Shown one piece after another: positions 44,301 through 55,466 of a stretch of DNA of 64,000 nucleotides (position 1 is the stretch's first letter; every line of letters starts with the position of its first letter). The DNA comes from the human T2T-CHM13v2.0 reference genome, Homo sapiens. The translations under genes and the position numbers were made by a program. Where the stretch lies: the NCBI RefSeq assembly GCF_009914755.1, contig NC_060934.1; one strand, given 5' to 3'. The notes below the pieces were generated by a model. The model was not told the DNA's origin, ran no database searches, and saw nothing but the letters and a program-made list of their open reading frames with translations.

Positions 44301-47300
44301 CCATTCCACTCTTTTTGATTCAATTCCATCCGATTCCTTTCCATGCGATTCCATTACATTTGATTTGATTGTATTCCATTCTATGCCTTTCCATTCGATT
44401 CCCTTCCATTTGATTAGATTCCATTCCAGTCCTTTCCATTCCAGTCCATTCTAATACAGTCCATTCCATTGGAGTCCATTCCCTTCCATTCCATTCTGTT
44501 CCATTCCTTTCTTTTCAATTCGATTCCATTCCATTTTTTTCGATTCCATGCCATTGGATTCCATTTCATTCCATTCCATTTTTTTCGATTCTATTCCAAT
44601 CGATTCCATTCCATTCATGTCCATTCCATGCTGTTCCATTCGATTCCCTTCCTTTCCACTCCATTCCATTCCTATCCACTCCATTCGAATTCATTCTATT
44701 ACATTCCATTCCATTCAAGACAGTTGCATTCCAGTCCATTCTATTAATGTCCATTCTATTCGATTCCATTCAATTCTATTCCAATCCATTCTATTAGATT
44801 CCTTTCGAGTCCATTCCGTTCCAATCCATTGCATTCCAGTCCATTCCATTCCATTACAGTTCATTCCATTCCTTTTGATTCCATTCCGTTCGATTCCATT
44901 CCATTTGATTCTATTCCATTTGAGACCTTTGCATTCCAGTCCCTTCCTTTTGTGTCCATTCCATTCCACTCCATTCCATTCTATACATTGCCTCTCCATT
45001 CCAGTCCATTCCATTCGAATCTTTTCCAGTCCATTCCAATTCACTCCATTCCTTTCCACTCCATTCAATTCCATTCCATTTTGTTCGATTCCATTTCATT
45101 CCAGTCCATTCCATTCGAAACATTTCCATTCCAATCTGTTTGATTCTATTTCATTCCTTTCTGTTAAGTTCGATTCCATTCCGTGCCATTCTATTCCATT
45201 CCATTCCATTCCATTCCATTCGAATCCATTCCATTCCATTCCATTCCATTTCATTAAATTATGTTCCATTCCATGCCAATCCATTCGATTCATTTTGATT
45301 CAATTTCATTCCATTCGATTCCATTCCGTTCAATTCCATTCCATTCAAGTGCATTCTTTTCAATTCCAATACATTCACGTCCATTTTATTTGAGTCGGTT
45401 CCATTCCTGTCAATTCAATTCGAGTTGATTCCATTGGAGTGCATTGAATTCGAGTCCATTCAATTCCAGACCATTCCATTAGATTCCCTTCCGTTTGATT
45501 CCATTCCACTCCATTCCATTCCATTCCATTCCATTCCATTCCATTCCATTCGAATCGATTCCATTCCATTCCATTGCATTTCATTCCATTCGAGACCATT
45601 CCATTCGAGTCCATTCCATTCCAGTCCATTCTATTTGATTCCATTCCATTCAATTCCATTCCATTCCAGTGCATTCCTTTCAATTGCATTCCATTCTTTT
45701 CCATTCCATTCCTTTCCCTTCCATTCGATTCTTTTGCATTCTATTTCATTCCGTTAGATTCCATTACATTCCTTTCCATTCCATTCTATTCCGTTTCATT
45801 CAATTAAATTCCATTTCATTCCATTCTATTGTATTCTATTATATTCCATTCAGTTAAAATTCCATTTCATTCCTTTCAATTCCTTTTGAATGCATTCAAT
45901 CCCATTCCATTCCATTCCATTGGATTCCATTCCATTCAAATCCGTTCCATTTAATTGCGTTCCATTAGAGTCCTTTCCATTGGAGACTATTCCATTCGAG
46001 TGCATTCCATTCGACTCCATTCCATTCCATTCGCTTCCATTCCTTTCGATTGCATTCCTTTCGGGTCCATTCCGTTGGAGTCCATTCCATTCCAGTCGAT
46101 TCCATTCGACTTCTTTCCATTGTAGTCCATTCCCTTCCAGTCCATTCCATTGCATTCCACTCCATTCGATTATATTACATTTGATTCCTTTCCATTCGTT
46201 TGCATTCCTTTCGAGTCCATTCCATTGGAGACCATTCCATTCGAGTTCTTTCCATTTCAGACAATTGGAATCCATTCCATTCGAATCCATTCCATTCGAG
46301 TCCATTCCATTCGAGTCCATTCCATTCCAGTCCATTTCATTCGATTCCATTCCATTCCATTGCATTCCATTTCATTCAATATAATTCCATTCCATTTCAA
46401 TCGACAACTATCCATTCTAGTCCATTCCATTCGAGTTTATTCCATTTCAGTCGATTCCATTCCATTCAATTCCTTTCCATTCGATAGCATTTCATTCTAT
46501 TCCATTCCAAAGTAGTCCATTCCAGTTGAGTCCATCAGATTACATTCGATTTGATTCCATTCCTTTCGATTCCTTTACATTCTATTGCATTCCATTCGAT
46601 TCCATTCCAATAGAGTCCATTCCATTCAAGTCCACCCCATTGGTGCCCATTGCATTCCATGCCATCACATTTGATTCCATTCCATTCCATTACTTTCCAT
46701 TCCGTTTGAGTCAATTCCCTTCGAGTCTATGGCATTCCAGTCCATTGCATTGGTGTCCATTCAATTCCATTCCATTCCTTTATATTACATTGCATGCGAT
46801 TCCATTCCATTCCAGTCCATTCCATTCAAATCAATTCCATTCCATTTTATTCCATTCCATTGGATTCTACTCCATTCGATTCCAGTACGTTTGATTCCAT
46901 TCCATGCCATTCTATTACATTCGTTTCCATTCCATTCCATTCGTTTCCATTTCATTCGATTACATTCCATTCCTTTCCATTCCATTCAATTCCATTCCAG
47001 TAGACTCAATTTGACTCCATTCCTTACCCTTCCATTCCAGTGGATTCCATTCCGTTCGATTCCATTCCATTTGCCTTCATTCCATTGGAGTCCATTCCAT
47101 TCAATTCCATTCAATTCCAAACCATTCCTGTCGATTCCCTCCCATTCAATTCCATTCCATTCCACTCCATTTGATTCTATACGATTTCATTCCATTCCAT
47201 TCGAGACCATTCCATTGATGTCTATTCCATTCGAGTCCATTCCATTTGAATCCAATCCATTCTATTCCATTCCAGTCCATTCCATTCTGACCAATTCCAT

Positions 47301-50300
47301 TCCATTTCATTCCATTCCATTAGATTCTATTCCATTGGATTCCAGTACGTTTGATTCCATTCCATGCCATTCCATTACATTCATTTCCATTCCATTGCAT
47401 TCCTTTCCATTTCATTCAATTCCATTCCATTCCATTCCTTTCCATTCCATTCAATTCCATTGCATTCGATTCCATTCCATTGAATTGCATTCCATTCAAG
47501 ACTGTTCCATTCTAGTCCATTCCTTTTGATTCCATTCCATTCCATTCCATTCCATTCCATTCCATTCCTTTTGAATCCATTCCTTTCGAGTCCTTTCCAT
47601 TCCAGTCCATTCCTTTCGAGTCCATTCCATTGCAGTCCATTCCCTTCCAGTCCATTCCATTCCTTTCCACTCCATTCGCTTCCATTCCATTCGATTCCAT
47701 TCCATTCGACTGCATTTCATTCAAATCCATTCCATTGGAGACCATTCCTTTTGAGTCCATTCCATTTAAGACCATTCGAGTCCATTCCATTTGAATGCAT
47801 TCCATTCGAGTCCATTCCATTCGAGTCCAGTCTGTTCCTGTTCATTGCATTCAATTACTTTCCATTGCATTCCATTCCATTCCATTCTATTCCATTCCAT
47901 TCCTTTCCATTCCTTTCCATTCCATTCCATTCCCTTCCACTCGAGACCATTCCATTCCAGTCCATTCCATTCCTGTCCATTCCATTCCTGTCCATTACAT
48001 TCGATTCCATCCCATTCGACTCCATTCCATTTGATTCCATTCTATTCAAGTGCATTGTATTCGGGGCCATTCCAAATGAGTCCGTTACTTTTGAGTCTGA
48101 TAGATTACATTCTAATCGATTGCATTCCATTTGATTCCTTTCCAATCGATTGCATTCCATTCGAGTCCATTCCGTTTGAGTTCATTCCATTCAAGTCCAT
48201 TCCATACGAGTCCATTGCATTCCAGTCCATTGCGTTCGATTTCATTCCCTTCCAGTCCATTATATTCGATTCCATTCCATTCCATTCTACTCCATTCCTT
48301 TCCATTCCTTTCCTTTCCTTTCCTTTCCATTCCATTCGAGTCCATTCCCTTCAAGTCTGTGCCATTTCATTCTATTATATTCGAATCCATTCCATTCAAT
48401 TCCGTTCGAGTCCATTCCATTCAAGTCTATTACATTTGAGTCCATTCCGTCCATTCCATTCTACGTGATTCCATTCCATTCCAGTCCAATAAATTCGAAT
48501 TAATTCCATTCCATTGCACTTCATTCCATCTGATTCTATTCCATTCGATTCCATTCCGTTTGATTCCAATCCTTGCCTTTCCCTGCCATTCGAGTCCATG
48601 CCATTCCATTCCTTTCCATTCCATTCGATTCCATTCTATTCGAGACCGTTCCATTCAAGTCCTTTAAATTCATTCCATTCCACTCTATTCCATTCCTTTT
48701 GATTCCATTCTATTCTATTACATTCCGTTCTAGTCCATTCCATTTGACTCTATTCCATTTGATTCCAATCCATACGAGTCTATTTCATTGGAGATGGTTC
48801 CATTCCAGTCCATCCATTTCGAGTCCATTCCATTCCACTTCAGTCCATTCCATTCCAATCGATTCCCTTCCATTTGAGTCCATTCCCGTCCTTACCATTC
48901 ATTGTGATTCCATTCCATTGGATTCCATTCCATTCGACTCTATTCCATTCGACTCCATTCCATTTGAGTCCATTCCATTCCAGTCCATTAATGTGAGTAC
49001 ATTCCACTCCATTCTAGTCCATTCCATCGAGTCCATGTCATTTCAATCCATTGCATTCCATTCCATTCCATTCTATTTGATTGCATTCCATTTTATTCCA
49101 TTCCTTTTGAGTCCATTCCATTCTATTCCATTCCAATCGAGTCCAATCCATTCGATTCTATTGCATTCCAGTCCATTCCTTTTGATTCCATTCCATTCGA
49201 TTCCATTCCATTCGAGTCCATTCCATTCGAGTCCCTTCCTTTCAAGTCCATTCGATTACAGTCCATTCCATTCCACTCCATTCCTTTCCATTGCATTCCA
49301 TTCCATCCGATTGTGTTCCATTCGAGTCATTTCCATTCAAGTCCATTCTCTTCTAGTCATTTACATTCGAGTACTTTCCAATCCTATCCATTCCATTTTG
49401 TTCCATTCCTTTCGAGTCCATTCCATTCTAGTGCATTCCAATACAATCCATTACAATCGCGTCCATTCCATTATTTACGATTCCATTCCATTTCATTGCA
49501 TTCGAATCCATTCCATTTCAGTCCATTCTTTCGAGTCCATTCCATTCACTCCATTCCATAAGATTCCATCCCATTCGAGTCCATCCTACTCGATTGCATT
49601 CCATTCGAGACCATTTCGTTTAATTCCATTCCATTCGAATCCATTCCATTCAAATCCTTTTCATTCAAGTCCATTTCATTCAAGTACATTCCATTCCAGT
49701 CCCTTATATTCGAGTATATTCCTTTCCTTTCGATTTCATTCCATTCCATTCCATTTTATTCTATTTGATTCCATTCCATTTGACTCCATTCCATGTGAGT
49801 CCATTTGATTCCAGTCCTTTCCATTACAGTCCTTTACATTCGAGTCCATTGCATTCCATTCCACTCCGTTTGATTCCATTCCATTTGATTGCATTTCATT
49901 CCCTTCGAATCCATTCCATTTGATTCCATTCCATTCGATTGCATTCCTTTCAAGTCCATTCCATTGGAGTCCATTCCATTCGAGTCCATTCTATTTCAGT
50001 CCATTCCATTTGATTCGATTCCAATCCATTCCATTCTCTTCCATTCCATTCCATGCGAAACCGTTCCCTTCCAGTCCATTTCATTCAATTCCTTTCTATT
50101 AGATTCCATTCCATTCGATTGCATTCCGTTCGTGTCCATTCCTTTCGAGTACATTCCATTCGAATTCATTCCATTCGAGTCCATAGCATTCCATTCCATT
50201 ACATTAGAGTCCATTGCATTCCATTGCATTCGATTCCATTCCATTCGGGTCCAATCCATTCGAGCCCATTCCATTCCATTCCATTCGAGTCCGTTTTACC

Positions 50301-53300
50301 CCATTCCATTCCAGTCCAGTCCATTCCATTCAGTCCCATTCTAATTGATTCCATTAAATTTGATTCGATTCGATTCCATTCCATTCCATTCCAGTCCTTT
50401 CTATTGCATTTCATTGCATTCCATTCCATTCGATTCCATTCCATTTCATTCCATTCCATTCAATTCATTTACATTCTACTCGATTCCATTCCATTCAATT
50501 TGATTCCATTGCATTCCACTCCATTCCATTCCATTGTGTTCCTTTCCATTCCATTTAATTGCATTCAATTCAATTCCATTCCATTCCAATCCATTCCATT
50601 CCATTCCATTCCATTCCATTCCATTGCATTCAATTCCATTCCATTCGACTCCAGTCCTTTGGAGTCCATTCCTTTCCGTTCCATTCCATTGCATTCAATT
50701 CCATTTCATTCGACTCCAGTGCTTTGGAGTCCATTCCATTCCATTCCATTCCACTCCACTGCACTAAACTCCATTCCATCCACTCCATTTCCTTCCATTC
50801 CACTCCTTTGGAATCCATTAACTACATTCCATTCTATTCCATTCCATTCCATTCCATTCCATTGCATTACATTCCACTCCACTCCATTACACTCCATTCC
50901 GTTCAATTCTACTCCTTCCCCTTCCATTATATTTGACTCCATTGAACTCCACTCCCCTCCTCTACATTCAATTCCATTCCACCCCATTCCATTCCAGTCT
51001 ATTACACTCCACTCCACTTCACCGCAATCCATTCGATTCCATTTGGTGCCGTTCGACTCCTTTCAATTTGATTCCATTCCATTTGATTCCATTCCATTCG
51101 ATTCCATTCCATTTAATTAGATTCCACTCCATTTGATTCCATTCCATTCGATCCCTTTTCATTTGATTTCATTCCATTCGATTCTGTTACATTCGATTCT
51201 GTTCCATTCCATTCCCTTGGATTCCATTCCGTTCCGTTCCATTCCATTCCATTCAATTCCTTTCCAGTCAATTCCTTTGCAGTCCATTACAATCGATTCC
51301 ATTCAATTTAATTCAATTCCACTAGGTTCCATTCCGTTCAAGTCCATTTCACTCGAGTCCATTCAATTCCAGTCCATTCCATTCGAGTTCATTCCATTTG
51401 CTTCCATTCTTTTCCATTATATTACATTACATTACATTCTATTATATTTTATTCTAATCCATTCGAGTCGATTCCATTCCAGTCTATTCCATTCGATTCC
51501 ATTCTATTGAATTCCATTCCATTTGATTCCATTACATTAGATTCCATTCCATTCTATTGCATTCCATTCAACTTCTTTCCATTCCAATCCATTCCATTCG
51601 AGTCCACTCAATTCCAGTCCATTACGTTTGGGTCCATTCCATTTCATTCCATTCTATTCCATTCCATTCCATTTCATTCTGTCCGATTCCATTCCATTAG
51701 ATTACATTCCATTAGATTCTTTGCCATTTATCTCCATTCCACTGAATTACATTCCATTCGATTCGATTCCATTCCATTCCATACCATTCCATTCCATTCG
51801 ATTGCATTCCTTTCTATTCCACTCCATTCGGTTCTATTGCCATCGATTCCATTCCTTTCGATTCCTTTCCTTTTTAGTCCGTTCTCTTCGAGTCCATTCC
51901 ATTCAAGTCCATTCTAATCTAGTGGATTCCATTCGAGACCATTCCATTCCATTTCATTCCATTCGATTCCATTCCATTCAATACTTCCACTCGATTCCAT
52001 TCCTTTTGATTCCATTCCATTTCATTCCATTCCATTGCAATCCATTTGATTGCATTCCATTCGATTCCATTCCATTAAGTTAGATTTCATTCCATTCTAT
52101 TCCATTCTATTCAATTCCTTTCCTTTCGAGTCCTTTCCATTTGAGTCCATTCTAATCAATTCCATTTCCTTCCAGTCCATTCCATTCGATTCTTTTCCAT
52201 TCGATTCTATTCCATTCGATTCCATCCCGTTCGATTCCATTCCGTTCGATTACATGCCATTTGAGTCCATCCAATTGAATCCATTCCACTTCAGTCCATT
52301 CTATTAGAATCCATTCTATTCGTATCCATTCCATTCCATTCCATTCTATTCCATTTTATTCCATTCGAGTACCTTCCATTCAATTCCATTCCCTTTGAAT
52401 CTGTTCCATTTCAGTCCATTCCATTCGAGTCCATTCCATTCCAGTACATTTCATTCGAGTCCATTCCATTCGATTCCATTCTATTCCTTTCAATTCCATT
52501 CGATTCCATTCCATTCGATTAGATTCCATTTGGGACTGTTCTATTACACTCCATTCCATTAGAGTCCATTCCATTCCATTCCATTCCAGTCCGTTCCGTT
52601 GCATTCCACTCCATTCAATTCCATTCCCTTTGAATCTGTTCCATTTCAGTCCATTCCATTCGAGTCCTTTCCATTCCAGTACATTTCATTCGAGTCCATT
52701 CCATTCGATTCCATTCTATTACTTTCCATTCCATTTGATTCCATTCCATTCGATTAGATTCCATTTGGGACCGTTCTATTACACTGCATTCCATTAGAGT
52801 CCATTCCATTCCATTCTATTCCAGTCCATTCCATTGCATTCCACTCCAATCAATTCTATTCCATTCAATTCAAATTCATTCCAGTCCATTCCTTTCCAGT
52901 CCATTCCATTCCTTTCCTTTCCATTCCATTCCGTTCAAATCCATTCCATTTCATTCCATTCCATTCCATTCCATTCCATTCAATTCCATTCCAGTCCATT
53001 CCATTCCAGTCCATTCCATTCCTTTCCTTTCCATTCCATTCCGTTCAAATCCATTCCATTCCATTCCATTCCATACCATTCCACTCCATTCTATGCCATT
53101 TCAGTCCATTCCTTTTGAGTCCATTCCGTTCCATTCCTTTCAAATCTATTCCATTCCTTTCCATTCCATGCCATTAGATTCTATTCCATTCCATTGTGTT
53201 ACATTCAATTCCATTCCATTCCATTTGAATCCATTCCATTATATTCCATTCCATTCCCTTCCCTTCCATTCGATTCCATTCCATTTGATTTGATTCGATT

Positions 53301-53850
53301 CTTTTCCATTCCAATCCATTCCATTCCATTAAATTCTATTCCATTCCATTCGATTCCATTCCATTCGATTCCATTCCACTCCAGGCCATTTCATTCGAGT
53401 CCGTTCCATTCCATTAAATTCTATTCTATTCTATTCCACTCCATTCCATTCCATTCTTTTCCATTCCATTCCTTTCCTTTCAGGACCATTCCATTCCTGT
53501 CCATTCCATTCGATTCCATTCCGTTCCATTTGATTCCATTCTGTTCAATTCCATTCCATTCGATTGCATTCCATTCCAGTCCATTCCATTAGAGTCCATT
53601 CCATTTCTATTCCTTTCATTTCCATTCCTTTCCATTCGAGTCCATTCCATTCTACTCGATTCTATTCCATGTGATTCCATTGCATTCCAGACCGTTCCTT
53701 TCCGTTCCATTCAATTCAAGTCCATTCCATTCGATGACATTTCATTAGATTCCATTTCATTCGATTCCATTCCATTTGAGTCTATTCCATTCCATTCCAT
53801 TCCATTCCAGTCCATTCCATTCGAATCCATTCTCTTCTATTCCATTCCAT
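14341..53850 (+). repeat. Classical satellite (CATTC)n, HSat3-type, CGATT/CGAGT/GAGAC-rich domain
   Basis: CATTC pentamers with frequent CATTCGATTC, CATTCGAGTC, TTGGAGACC and TTTGATTC variants, and scarce CACTC. The recurring CATTCGATGAT signature of HSat2 was not seen. Same strand polarity as the flanks. Confidence 0.9.
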
Positions 53851-54169
53851 TCCATACCGCTCCGTTCTACTTTACTCCACTCCACCACACTAAATTCCAT
53901 TATATCCAACTCCATTCCATGCCATTCCACTCCTCTCCTCTGCACTGCACCCCACAGCGCTCCATTCCACTCCATCCCATTCTATTCTGCTCCATTCCAC
54001 TACAATCTTCTCCACCCCACTCATCTCCACTTCATTCCATTCCATTCCATTCCATTCCATCTCATTGCATGCTTCTCCATTCCAGTCAACTCTACTTCAC
54101 CCCACTCCTCTCCACTTCAGTCCACTCCATTCAATTCCATTCCATTTCCCTGCATTCTCTTCTATTCCT

Positions 54170-54232
54170 TTCTTTCGAAAGTATCTCACTCTGTCACCCA
54201 GCCTGCAGCGCAGTGGCACAATCTCAGTTCAC
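54170..54232 (-). mobile_element. Alu 3'-end fragment (antisense), copy 1
   Basis: tctcactctgtcacccagcctgcagcgcagtggcacaatctcagttcac matches the reverse complement of the Alu 3' end (TCTCACTCTGTCACCCAGGCTGGAGTGCAGTGGCACAATCTCAGCTCAC). Confidence 0.85.
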
Positions 54233-54430
54233 ATTTCATTTCATCATTCCATTGCATTCCATTCCACTCTATTCCACTCTACTCCACTCCACTCCAATCC
54301 ATTCCACTCCACTCCACTCCAGTCCATTCCACTCCACTCCTTTCCATTCCATCCCATTTCATTCCACTCCTTTCCACTCCACACCAATCCTCCCCACTCC
54401 ATTCCATTCCACTCCTTTCCTTTCCATTCC

Positions 54431-54494
54431 TTTCTTTTGACAGGATCTCACTCTGTCACCAAGGCTTGTGTGCAGTGACAGAATCTCATCTCAT
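54431..54494 (-). mobile_element. Alu 3'-end fragment (antisense), copy 2
   Basis: tttcttttgacaggatctcactctgtcaccaaggcttgtgtgcagtgacagaatctcatctca. Confidence 0.8.
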
Positions 54495-54622
54495 ATTTTA
54501 CTTCACCATTTCATTCCATTCCATTCTGTTCCACTGCACTCTACTCCACTCCACTGAATTCTACTCCACTCCACTCCAATCGATTCCATTCCATTCCATT
54601 CCAATCCCTTCCATTCCACTCC

Positions 54623-54685
54623 TTTCTTTCGACAGGATCTCCCTCTGTCACACAGGCTGTAGCACGTGGCACAATCTCAGTACAC
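54623..54685 (-). mobile_element. Alu 3'-end fragment (antisense), copy 3
   Basis: tttctttcgacaggatctccctctgtcacacaggctgtagcacgtggcacaatctcagtacac. Confidence 0.8.
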
Positions 54686-54963
54686 ATTCCTTTTCACCAT
54701 TTCATTCCATTCCATTTCATTCCGTTCCATTCCATTCCATTCCATTACAATTCATTCCATTCCACTGCATTCCTTTTCACTCTACTCCAGTCCACTCCAC
54801 TCCATTTCATTCCACCGCATTCCATTCCACTCTTTTCCACTCCATTCCACTCCATTCCATTTCATTCCACTCCATTCCATTCCACTCCACTCCACTCCTC
54901 TCCACTCCATTCCACTCCACTCCAAACCATGCCATTCCATTCCACTGCATTCAATTCCATTCC

Positions 54964-55027
54964 TTTCTTTCGAGAGTATCTCACTCTGTCACCCAGCCTG
55001 GAGCACAGTGGCAGAATCTCAGCTCAC
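54964..55027 (-). mobile_element. Alu 3'-end fragment (antisense), copy 4
   Basis: tttctttcgagagtatctcactctgtcacccagcctggagcacagtggcagaatctcagctcac. Confidence 0.85.
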
Positions 55028-55255
55028 ATTTCATTTCACCATTCCATTGCATTCTACTCCATTAAATTCCAATCCACTCCACTCCACTCCAATCCATTCC
55101 ACTCCACTCCACCCCAGTCCAGTCCACTCCAGTCCTTTTCTTTCCTTCCCATTCCATTCCACTCCTTTCTGCTCCACTCCATTCCACTTCTCTCAATTCC
55201 ATTACATTCCATTCCACTCCATTCCATTCCATTCCACTCCATTCCATTCCAGTAC

Positions 55256-55318
55256 TTTCTTTTGACAGTATCTCACTCTGTCACCCAGGCTAGTGTGCAG
55301 TGGCACAATCTCAACCCA
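55256..55318 (-). mobile_element. Alu 3'-end fragment (antisense), copy 5
   Basis: tttcttttgacagtatctcactctgtcacccaggctagtgtgcagtggcacaatctcaaccca. Confidence 0.85.
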
Positions 55319-55433
55319 TAATTTCACCATTCCATTCCATTCCATTCCACTGCACTCCACTCCACTCCACTCAATTCCACTTCACTCCACTCCTATCCAT
55401 TCCATTCCATACCAATCCCTTCCATTCCACTCC

Positions 55434-55465
55434 TTTATTTCAACAGGGTCTCCATCTGTCACACA
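55434..55465 (-). mobile_element. Truncated Alu 3'-end fragment, copy 6, at the satellite junction
   Basis: tttatttcaacagggtctccatctgtcacaca, followed directly by beta-satellite gatcacccaggtga. The flank and sequence match copy 3. Confidence 0.7.
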
Positions 55466-55466
55466 C

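Larger units (their letters stand above)
53851..55465 (+). repeat. Composite satellite: CACTC/CATTC pentamers interspersed with six ~60-bp antisense Alu 3'-end fragments
   Basis: Return to CACTC-rich pentamers. A recurring non-pentamer insert resembling TTTCTTTYGACAGKATCTCACTCTGTCACCCAGGCTGGAGTGCAGTGGCACAATCTCAGCTCAC starts at ~54170, 54431, 54623, 54964, 55256 and 55434. Confidence 0.88.

Noticed and set aside
14341-53850. Calling the middle domain HSat2/HSATII, or Yq12 DYZ1
   Set aside because: CATTCGATTC is common, but the recurring GATGAT motif of HSat2 and a homogeneous ~3.5-kb period were not seen. Subfamily needs k-mer classification.
1-55400. Hundreds of long ORFs (up to 663 aa) reading (HSIPF)n or (MEWNG)n
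   Set aside because: (CATTC)n has no stop codon in any frame, so these are translation artefacts of the satellite with no gene structure.
1-55465. Large strand inversions or full-length L1/Alu insertions in the satellite
   Set aside because: None seen by eye. CATTC polarity is constant throughout and only ~60-bp Alu fragments are present.
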